This document shows, in pieces, positions 1 through 7,902 of a stretch of DNA of 64,000 nt. Position 1 is the stretch's first letter. Every line of letters begins with the position of its first letter. Under the pieces are notes generated by a model. The model was given only the letters and a program-made list of their open reading frames with translations, did not search any database and had not been told where the DNA came from. The position numbers and the translations under genes are program-made. This DNA is from a virus (Duplodnaviria > Caudoviricetes), in the IMG/VR virus record IMGVR_UViG_3300028888_000053, positions 148,278 through 212,277 of that record; one strand, written 5' to 3'.

Positions 1-585
1 AACCATTAGGTAAAATTACAACGAAAGAAGATGAACTTAATGGTTTTTCAGGTGAAATGGTATATATCGATGGAAAATGTTCTGATATATTTATTTCTCA
101 TGCAGATTATGCCAATTATTTAGAAAGTGTGATTAATGAATACGTAGAATGGGAAAACGAAAAACAGTAGTACAAGAATATCTTGATTCATTAACTAAAG
201 ATGATTTATTAGCGATCATAAAGTATGGTCTTCGTGGTTCTAACGCTCCATTAGATGTTGATGTTGAAGACATTTTTACTTGTATCGGTTGTAAATACAT
301 TGAAGAAGGATGATTTACTTAAAAAGAATTTTGAATTTATTCCTGTGGCTAATAAGAATTGTCGCAGGAATTGCAATTATCATGGTTATTTATCCACTTG
401 ATTTGTTAGCCATCCCTATTTACTACGTCAAGACTGGACGTAATTATTTGTTAGACTTTAGACCGTTAGGATTTGCTATAGTGCGTTGGATTTGTGGATG
501 CGATTTTGAATGGAAAGATAATTAATATTAAATAATAATTTAAACAGAATCTCTTGGTAGCTCAATTGGATAGAGCAACAGTCTT

Positions 586-1202
586 TAATATTTGGAGCTT
601 TTATGTGGGAAATTGAGAAATTAATCAAGAAGGGTGATTATATGTATGCTTTAGTACCTGAACACCCTCATGCTACTAAAAATGGTTACGTGTTACACCA
701 TCGAATTGTTGTAGAAAACCATATAGGTAGATTACTCAATGCTGATGAAGTTGTTCATCATAAAAACCATAATAAATTTGATAACAGAATTGAAAATCTC
801 GAAGTGTTGAATTATAAAGAGCATGTTAGAAAGCATAGCTTAGAACAGGGAAGGAAATGGGCTGTACTCAAATGCCCTATATGTGGAAAAGTGTTTGAGA
901 TGCCTTATAACAAAACTGTATATCAAAAATATCCTAACGATTCTAATAAAGCACAATGTTGTTGTAGAGCGTGTGGGTGTAAGTTAGGTAGATTGAAACA
1001 ACTGAACAGAATAACTCATGAAATGGAGATTGCTATATCGGGGAATCTCCTATCTGTATACAAAAAATATACAGAGGACAACCCCGAGGTAACCTTAGAT
1101 TAAGAGGGTACCGTAGAGACTATACGCAATCCGCCTGAAATGGCGAAGGGATAGTCCAGACTACAACATTTCATAATGGCTATAGTAATATAGAGTAGTA
1201 AG
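586..1202 (+). mobile_element. Group I intron in tRNA-Arg(UCU), inserted after U34, carrying an HNH ORF
   Basis: 5' exon ends in U and intron ends in G; P4 TCGGGG/CCCCGA, P3 GATTGC/GCAATC, P7 GACTA/TAGTC (GTAGAGACTATACG ... GATAGTCCAGAC). Confidence 0.9.
603..1103 (+). CDS. Intron-encoded HNH homing endonuclease with C-terminal Cys-rich domain
   Basis: HHRIVVENHIGR...VHHKNHNKFDNRIENL HNH motif; CPIC and CCRAC; lies inside the tRNA intron. Confidence 0.88.
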   Translation: MWEIEKLIKKGDYMYALVPEHPHATKNGYVLHHRIVVENHIGRLLNADEVVHHKNHNKFDNRIENLEVLNYKEHVRKHSLEQGRKWAVLKCPICGKVFEMPYNKTVYQKYPNDSNKAQCCCRACGCKLGRLKQLNRITHEMEIAISGNLLSVYKKYTEDNPEVTLD

Positions 1203-1259
1203 CTAAACTGTGGGTCTTGGGTTCGAGTCCCAACCAGGAGACTAAAAATATATAACAAT

Positions 1260-2861
1260 ATGATATCAATAATAATTCCAATTTATAATAGAGAATTATT
1301 CTTAGAGAAATGTTTGAATTCTGTACAAAGACAAACATTTGTTGACTTTGAATGTATTCTTGTTGATAATAATTCTACTGATCATAGTGTAGAAATTTGT
1401 CAATCATTTTTATCCGATGATAGATTCAAACTTATTCATTGTCAAGAACAAGGAGTTAGTCATGCCAGAAATAAAGGTATAGAATATGCTTCTGGAGATT
1501 GGATAATGTTTATTGATTCTGATGATTACATAGCAGATAATTTTGTAGAAATGCTCTATAAAACTATGCTAGATCATCCTGGGTATAAATGTTATACGTG
1601 TGAATCTATTACTTTACAACATACAAATATTTCTATTTGGAACGACTTGCCAGAAGGTGAGAGAACAAAAGATGATGTTACCAATTTTAATATTTGGAAA
1701 AGATGGGCAACAGTTTGGAATGCTCTTTGGGCAAAAGAAGTATTTGATCATATTAAATTTAATACCAATGTTAAATTAGGAGAAGATGAATTAGTTGACA
1801 TTGAATACTGGATGAGATATGGAAAATTATATCATATTAAATATCGTGGTTATTTCCATTATGTAAACCCATCGAGTATTAGTGTTGATCAGAATAATTA
1901 TAAACATAGTACAATGTTATTATTGTGCCTTGTTGAAAATTTAATTCATAAATACGATAATTTAACCAAAGAAATTGAGAATGCTATTAGATACATTTAT
2001 AATGTAAAGTATAGTGATAAGTATCCAGGAATTGATTATGTTGTACCTTATACTAATGCAACGAAAGATAAGATAAAAGCATTAATGCAATTCTATAACT
2101 ATGAAGGAATGGTTGATGATGATGAAGAATTAGCAAAAAGATATAATGCTGAAGATACAATCTTTAATATGTCAATACGGTCTGTTGCTAAAAATTTACC
2201 ATTTATCAGATTAATTCATCTTATTGTAGAAGATGAAACACACATTCCCGATTGGATAGATATTGAGAAGGTGCATATTGTTTATCATAAGGATTTTATG
2301 GAAGATTACCCAAGTTATAATCCTTGTTGTATAGAATATTGTCTGGGAAATATACCATTTCTATCAGAGAAATTTTTATATGCAAACTCAGATTATATTG
2401 CTACAAAAGAATTATCGGCAGATGATTTCTTTGATGAAGATAAAACTAGAAATCGCTTTCGAACAGCAGCACAATCTGATAAACAATGTGATATTATCTT
2501 TAACAATTCGTATCATTTAATATTTGATGAAGGCACACCTATATCACCAATAAAACATTTCTTTACTCCAATGGTAACAAAACGAGTAAAAGAAGTACAA
2601 GAGCTTTATAAAGATAAGTTAGTATATACTAAGTTTAGGAGTAGTGCAAATTACAATCAATATATTTATCCTTTATATGATCTTAAAATTGGTGCGATTA
2701 GTGAGTCAACTTTAATTTGTTATACAACAGAAGGTGAGTTTAATATTCAAAAATGGCAAAGAGCAGATGTTGTGTGCTTAGAGAATATTGATGATACAAA
2801 TCCTTTAATAACAGTATTTGGTCATTTCTTCCGTTTTGAAAAATGTAAATACGAAAAATGA
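1260..2861 (+). CDS. GT2 glycosyltransferase fused to a Stealth-family sugar-phosphotransferase domain
   Basis: N-term SIIIPIYN...VDNNSTD...SHARNKG...FIDSDD; C-term IDYVVPY, RSVAKNLPFIRLIHLIV, IEYCLGNIPFLSEKFLYANSDY, KFRS resemble Stealth CR1-CR3. Confidence 0.78.
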   Translation: MISIIIPIYNRELFLEKCLNSVQRQTFVDFECILVDNNSTDHSVEICQSFLSDDRFKLIHCQEQGVSHARNKGIEYASGDWIMFIDSDDYIADNFVEMLYKTMLDHPGYKCYTCESITLQHTNISIWNDLPEGERTKDDVTNFNIWKRWATVWNALWAKEVFDHIKFNTNVKLGEDELVDIEYWMRYGKLYHIKYRGYFHYVNPSSISVDQNNYKHSTMLLLCLVENLIHKYDNLTKEIENAIRYIYNVKYSDKYPGIDYVVPYTNATKDKIKALMQFYNYEGMVDDDEELAKRYNAEDTIFNMSIRSVAKNLPFIRLIHLIVEDETHIPDWIDIEKVHIVYHKDFMEDYPSYNPCCIEYCLGNIPFLSEKFLYANSDYIATKELSADDFFDEDKTRNRFRTAAQSDKQCDIIFNNSYHLIFDEGTPISPIKHFFTPMVTKRVKEVQELYKDKLVYTKFRSSANYNQYIYPLYDLKIGAISESTLICYTTEGEFNIQKWQRADVVCLENIDDTNPLITVFGHFFRFEKCKYEK

Positions 2862-3077
2862 TAACAACTATTTATTTTGTTGGAGTTGTTTTAGCTTTTA
2901 TTGTTAACACAATTCATCTTTATGTTTTCTTTAAAGATGTTCGGAATAAACCGTATAGTACTTATAATAAAGTATTAGTAGCAATTTATAGTTCTATAAT
3001 CATTGGATTTTTATCTTGGATAGGACTATTCTTTGTTTCTGTTTCTTTATTTTATAGACTCAAAAACCCTCAAGAAT

Positions 3078-3641
3078 ATGACAGTAATATATTCTAATGC
3101 TGAAGATGCAGATACTATAATTCTGCAAGAAATTTGGAGAGGTATTCCAGACGTTACTGTAATAGAAATTACATCTAATACAGTTGGGTGGGAAGACGTT
3201 GTTAATGATGCTATTGACAATGAAGATGATACATTAATCTTTGCTGGGCATGGTACTATACATGGATTATTAGCACCATTAAACTATTCATCAGAAGAAT
3301 ACATATTACATAAATTTAATGTGAACTTAATACACGCTAAAAGAAGTATATGTATTTGGTGTATGGCATCTACATTCTGTTTTAATCATAGATTTGAATC
3401 ACTTGCTACCTCTATGTTTATTTCTAATCCAAGAGAAGCCTTCGAGAATGGATGTTGTGATGTTACAAGAGATGATATTGAACGACAAAATATATTATTT
3501 TATCGTGACTTGAATTACTTGTTACAAAGCGATATCCCATTTAGAGATTGGAGAATGAAATTAAAAGTGAATGTTGATATGTACGACGACGTCGATGTGT
3601 TTAATAGAAATGGATTATGTTACATTTTATCTAATAAGTAA
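3078..3641 (+). CDS. Hypothetical protein, possible caspase/CHAT-fold peptidase
   Basis: ATG at 3078 overlaps the upstream gene; IFAGHG and ICIWC could form a His-Cys dyad. Confidence 0.35.
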   Translation: MTVIYSNAEDADTIILQEIWRGIPDVTVIEITSNTVGWEDVVNDAIDNEDDTLIFAGHGTIHGLLAPLNYSSEEYILHKFNVNLIHAKRSICIWCMASTFCFNHRFESLATSMFISNPREAFENGCCDVTRDDIERQNILFYRDLNYLLQSDIPFRDWRMKLKVNVDMYDDVDVFNRNGLCYILSNK

Positions 3642-3841
3642 AGTTTTATGATAATGTTTATTAGTATATATTTAGGAATAGCGTTATATCTAATTGTATT
3701 GGCCTTGTTATACTGCATAGTAAGACACTATTCTGGACCAGATTCTCCGGCGTTGTTATTACCTTTAATGTGGCCTGCACTTCTATTTCTATTGCCTGTT
3801 TTATTAATATGTTTTGTTATATTAAAATTATGCGATAAAAT

Positions 3842-4351
3842 ATGGCCGCAATAGATAAATTGTACGTTGATTCATATTATGAATATAATAATCTCAGAAC
3901 ATGGGCTATAGCCTATTATCCTGAATTATTATTTTATTTCTATGATATCACAGTTGATTATTCCACATTTGAGAAGAGAAGACAAGAATGGATTAGAAAA
4001 TTTAAAACACAAGTAAGAAATACGTTTACAAGATTTGGTAAGTTTAATACAGCAGAAGAAGCTGTTAATAATCTTATCAAATATTATAAACGAACTGCAG
4101 GTTATGATTGTTCTAGAGAGCAAGCTGAAGATGAATTTAAGTATTGGTCTCATCAAATGGAAATAATAGAAAGTGATTCACTTTTAGAATTAGAATATAA
4201 ATTTCCAGTAATGAACACACCATTATCTGTAGATAAAAAACTAAAGTGGATTTGTCCAATTCCTTGTATTAGAAAGTATCTTGAAGAACAATGTGGATAT
4301 AAAACTCACTGGTATCATAAGTTATTTTGGAAAGGTAAAAAACATTTTTAA
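3842..4351 (+). CDS. Hypothetical phage protein
   Basis: 169 aa ORF in a tightly packed array. Confidence 0.6.
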   Translation: MAAIDKLYVDSYYEYNNLRTWAIAYYPELLFYFYDITVDYSTFEKRRQEWIRKFKTQVRNTFTRFGKFNTAEEAVNNLIKYYKRTAGYDCSREQAEDEFKYWSHQMEIIESDSLLELEYKFPVMNTPLSVDKKLKWICPIPCIRKYLEEQCGYKTHWYHKLFWKGKKHF

Positions 4352-4882
4352 TTACAATGTATTATTCTTAAATAAAAATGAATAACGGAATTATTCCATA
4401 TAAAAATAAAATTAAACCTATATTTATAGATAGTGATAAATCTGTAAGATGTATAGATTGTATTTATTTTTCTTCGTTTGAAGGTTATTATAATGATTCG
4501 TGTGATGAATCAGATTGGTTTTGTGTTGAATATTGCCCGCTACGAAAGATTAGGCTTAAAGATCCTTTTAATAAAATTTGCTGTGACCAATTTGTTGCAC
4601 AAGACAAACATATTAACTGTGAAAATTGCAAGTTTTGTGTTCGAGATTACTCGTCTTATCAATGTCAAAAACGCAATCTAATAGAAACTACTTCACACTA
4701 TCGTTGTTCTGAATTTAAATATAGAAATGAAAATAATCCAGTTTCTAATGAAGAAATTTGTACTTTTTTATGTGGTTTAATCATTGTAACAACGTTTGTT
4801 TGTTTATGTGCATTTTGTTAACATAACCTATGGCTAGTATAATAATTGCTTATTTATACTTCAATGGTAATTAATTAAAGTT

Positions 4883-4954
4883 GCTCCAATAATTAAACGG
4901 ATATAACATGAATCCTCTAAGTTTCTATTTCGGGTTCGATTCCTGGGTAGGGCA
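4883..4954 (+). pseudogene. Degenerate tRNA-Arg-like sequence
   Basis: D-arm (A)TTAAACGGATATAAC and T-loop TTCGATT like Arg tRNAs; mismatches in acceptor, D and anticodon stems; loop CCTCTAA lacks U33. Confidence 0.6.
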
Positions 4955-5103
4955 CTATTAACATTTTTAATATGGGATTATTTGGAAATGTAATTCGAGA
5001 AGTTAGAGATACAGTCAAAGATTCTTTAGAAGAATGTGGCTGTAAATCTGTAATATCAGAAGTCAAAGATGTTTTTAAAGCATTAATTGGCAAATAAAGT
5101 GTA

Positions 5104-5666
5104 GATTCCGTAGCTCAGTTGGTAGAGCACAGCACTTTAAACTAAAAGAAGAGTGCATAGGCGAGAAATCCCTATGTAGAATCTCCTAAATTCGGTGGAA
5201 ATCCTTAGCCTACTAGATACAATACTGTTATGGGATGGCTACAGTACATTAAACAATAATGTGTAAGGACTATACCGAGCGAAAATAGTATCTCAGATAA
5301 GTCTAATTAACTTATATCGTAAGAACTGAGCAGGCGTTAAAAGTAGAGCAAATCAGATATGTCTACATACTATAATCGTGTAGAGGCCAAACGGGAGATA
5401 TCTAAGTTGGAATTGTATTCCTCAATGGTAATGAGGTATCTAGCAATCGTACTAGGTAGGTGTTCAAATCACCAATACTCTTGCAAGAATTCCAATAAGA
5501 TAAAGAGATGGTCCAGATCACAACAGACACAAGTCTTTAGGCAACCTCTCTAAGAGCAGCATAAGACTATAGAGGTGATAGTGCAAGAATTCTAAAGTGT
5601 TTGGCTATGGTAACATAGTGTGATAGGTTAATGCTGGGGTCACGAGTTCGAATCTCGTCGGAATCA
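5104..5666 (+). tRNA. tRNA-Lys(UUU), split by a group I intron (exon 1 5104-5137, exon 2 5628-5666)
   Basis: Acceptor GATTCCG/CGGAATC, anticodon stem CAGCA/TGCTG, joined loop CTT|TTAA gives TTT, T-arm ACGAG-TTCGAAT-CTCGT. Confidence 0.92.
5138..5627 (+). mobile_element. Group I intron without endonuclease ORF in tRNA-Lys(UUU), after U34
   Basis: Guide GAGT pairs with exon ACTT (U.G at splice site); P4 TTCGGT/ACCGAG; P3 ATCTCC/GGAGAT; P7 GGCCA/TGGTC; terminal G 5627. Confidence 0.88.
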
Positions 5667-5693
5667 CTATTAACAATTTTTAATATAATTTTA

Positions 5694-5727
5694 CTTGAAA
5701 TTTGGTCAAAATAGTATTATATTTGCA
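5694..5727 (+). promoter_or_regulatory. Bacteroidota-type primary-sigma promoter
   Basis: TTG (5695-5697), 20 nt spacer, TATATTTG (5718-5725); matches TTTG-N19/21-TAnnTTTG. Confidence 0.7.
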
Positions 5728-5738
5728 ATCGGGATGAG

Positions 5739-5830
5739 GAAAGCAGCTCGTAGTTTGATTTGAATTAACAGTTTTTTTGCTTTTTTGTTTTCATATTGAT
5801 TCAAATTAAACCTATGAGCTGCTGTTTTTC
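5739..5830 (+). ncRNA. Candidate hairpin small RNA
   Basis: About 27 bp stem (5742-5768 with 5796-5823) whose mismatches are three G.U pairs plus one bulge; directly after a promoter; U-rich 3' end. Confidence 0.55.
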
Positions 5831-5880
5831 AGATTATATTACGCTTTAGATGTTGAATGTTAATTTAAATTATTTAATTT

Positions 5881-6471
5881 ATGAAGAAATTCATTTTTGC
5901 CGTTATGGCATTGTTGTGCATGGTTGCATGTAATCCAAAGAAGAGTGAAACTGTTCCTGTTCAAGAGGAAACACCCGTAGAATTGATCGTTGGTAATACA
6001 ATCTCAACTGATCGTCAGTACATGTTTATGAATTATGGAGGTGATTATCGTTGGTATGAGACTTGTATTACTCTTGATGATTATCTTGATAGTGAGAACT
6101 GCAACGGCTCAATTGAAAGTATTTCTAATGTTTTCCAAGTAGTTAAAGGTGATAGTACTTCTTTTGATCCATATGTAATCATGTCATCTTATACTCGTAC
6201 ATCAAGTAATACTGAAGTTATATCTGGATTTTGGGTTGGTGATGAGCCTATGAATGAAGAGGAAATTAATTTAACTTTTAAAGATGCTTATGAATTCTTA
6301 ATGGAAGCTAATTGTCCTAAACCTCATTCAAGACATTGTGTTCTTAGAAAAGAACTTGGACCTAAAATAGATGTGGCACCACAATACATTTTTGGCAATC
6401 AACAGTATCAAGTGTATGTTGATGCCTTTGATGGTATTGTAACGGATCATAATCCGGCTTTTAATGAGTAA
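5881..6471 (+). CDS. Lipoprotein of unknown function
   Basis: MKK + hydrophobic stretch + MVAC lipobox. Confidence 0.7.
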   Translation: MKKFIFAVMALLCMVACNPKKSETVPVQEETPVELIVGNTISTDRQYMFMNYGGDYRWYETCITLDDYLDSENCNGSIESISNVFQVVKGDSTSFDPYVIMSSYTRTSSNTEVISGFWVGDEPMNEEEINLTFKDAYEFLMEANCPKPHSRHCVLRKELGPKIDVAPQYIFGNQQYQVYVDAFDGIVTDHNPAFNE

Positions 6472-6628
6472 TCACTTTGTTCATTAGCATAAGAGCCCTG
6501 TAGCGCGCAGGGACGTGCAGATACATCATTGAATGTATAGTAAATCGTAACGTTACCTATCCCTTGATCTCTGAGATAGCTGCGGTTCAGTAGTTTTCCT
6601 GAAAATACGAAGAGATTATTTTTTATTT

Positions 6629-6963
6629 GCCTAGGTGATGAAAAGGTAAACATTCCAGACTTGCATGTAACTAATTTAATATCAGTTACTTAGAGTGCAT
6701 TTAATCGAAAGGTTTAATGTAGAATCTCGCTAACAAACAGAAACCTTGAATATGGTGACATATTCTTTGGCGATGGCTCACTAAATGGATATTATATCCT
6801 AAATGGCGTAGAGACTATATACGAGACACCTAAACGATAACGTATGGTGATGAAATAGTCCAGACTACAACATCTCAAGTTAGATGGCTTATTTAAAAGT
6901 AAGAGTAGTAAGAAAATCTGGTGGAACGTAGGTTCCTTGGGGGTTCGAGTCCCCTCCTGGGCA
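6629..6963 (+). tRNA. tRNA-Leu(UAA), split by a group I intron (exon 1 6629-6662, exon 2 6913-6963)
   Basis: Acceptor GCCTAGG/CCTGGGC + A73, anticodon stem CCAGA/TCTGG, loop CTT|AAAA gives TAA, long variable arm GGAAC..GTTCC, T-loop TTCGAGT. Confidence 0.92.
6663..6912 (+). mobile_element. Compact (250 nt) group I intron in tRNA-Leu(UAA), after U34
   Basis: GTAGAGACTATACG...ATAGTCCAGACTACAACAT...GAGTAGTAAG shared with the Arg intron; P4 looks degenerate. Confidence 0.85.
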
Positions 6964-6985
6964 CTATCTAATAAATACAAAGTAA

Positions 6986-7321
6986 ATGTCTACTATAAAC
7001 GATATAATTAATTATTTTAATAATCTTCCACCATTTAAATGTGTAGATGACATACCTGATATTCCATTTTTTAAGGATCGAGAATTGTACACAAATGTAA
7101 TAGTTAAAAATTTAATACGTTGTGGTGCGATTCCAAAGAAAGATCTTAAAATTGGTAAAACATATCAAGGATCATGTAGAAATACAAATAAAGCTATATG
7201 GAATGGTACGGAATTTGAATATGAAAGATATAAGTTTGGTTACTTATACGAAGATGCAGTTAATCATTTTGAAGATGATGATGGTTACGATGTTTTTGTG
7301 CCGTTAAAAGAAGACTTTTAA
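6986..7321 (+). CDS. Hypothetical phage protein
   Basis: 111 aa ORF after tRNA-Leu. Confidence 0.6.
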   Translation: MSTINDIINYFNNLPPFKCVDDIPDIPFFKDRELYTNVIVKNLIRCGAIPKKDLKIGKTYQGSCRNTNKAIWNGTEFEYERYKFGYLYEDAVNHFEDDDGYDVFVPLKEDF

Positions 7322-7360
7322 GTTTTTCTCATAGAGAAATGTTATCATAGTTTAAATTTA

Positions 7361-7399
7361 AGGTGGGCTAGTCTGCGAAGATAGGCCCATCTGCTTTTT
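7361..7399 (+). terminator. Intergenic hairpin, probable terminator
   Basis: GGTGGGCT..TCT-GCGA-AGA..GGCCCATC followed by TTTTT. Confidence 0.55.
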
Positions 7400-7748
7400 A
7401 ATACATTAGATATGAAAATAAGAAAAGATCCATTCGACAATCCAGAGATTGTCATCGGCAAATTAATCCTTACATTTACAAAGAAATTGCCAAAATACAA
7501 AGAAGCATGGTATAAGAAGTGGTTTTATACTGGTAAAAACCCTCAATCATATTACGGTAGGATCATGTGGTTTACTTGGTATTATGATAAGAAAAGTTTA
7601 TATGTATGATTAAGTTTGCACAAAGAGTTTTATTGGATGTTCTTGCCCAAACAGAAAGAGCATCTAATCAGTCTGACTATTACCAAGGAAAGATTGATGG
7701 TATTAAGAGTTGTATAGCAGCCTTAGGTCGTATTGTAATTAAAAATTA

Positions 7749-7821
7749 GCCTCTTTAGCTTAGTTGGTAGAGCAACTGATTTGTACTCAGTAGGTCGTGG
7801 GTTCAACTCCTACAAGAGGCT
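7749..7821 (+). tRNA. tRNA-Thr(UGU), intronless
   Basis: Acceptor GCCTCTT/AAGAGGC, anticodon stem ACTGA/TCAGT, loop TTTGTAC. Confidence 0.92.
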
Positions 7822-7852
7822 CATTTTATTTCTTTTTCTTTTTGTTTGATTA

Positions 7853-7893
7853 GAAAGGTGTCTTGATTTTAATTGGGACACCTTTCACTTTTT
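7853..7893 (+). terminator. Intrinsic terminator-like hairpin after tRNA-Thr
   Basis: GAAAGGTGTCTTGATT/AATTGGGACACCTTTC then U-run. Confidence 0.6.
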
Positions 7894-7902
7894 ATTAAGA
7901 TT

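Larger units (their letters stand above)
551..1241 (+). tRNA. tRNA-Arg(UCU), split by a group I intron (exon 1 551-585, exon 2 1203-1241)
   Basis: Acceptor CTCTTGG/CCAGGAG, D-arm GCTC..GAGC with A20 (Arg identity), anticodon stem ACAGT/ACTGT, joined loop CTT|CTAA gives anticodon TCT, T-arm TTGGG-TTCGAGT-CCCAA. Confidence 0.92.

Noticed and set aside
1203-1241. Reading the first split tRNA as an amber suppressor because exon 2 begins CTAAA
   Set aside because: A 7-nt loop in the ACAGT/ACTGT stem needs CTT+CTAA, giving UCU; A20 supports Arg; CUA would need a 6-nt loop
5359-5553. 64 aa ORF inside the tRNA-Lys intron
   Set aside because: Overlaps P7/P8 and the tRNA-like domain, no protein motif; likely incidental
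6447-6980. Minus-strand ORFs 6447-6653 and 6792-6980
   Set aside because: Antisense to tRNA-Leu, its intron and a structured spacer
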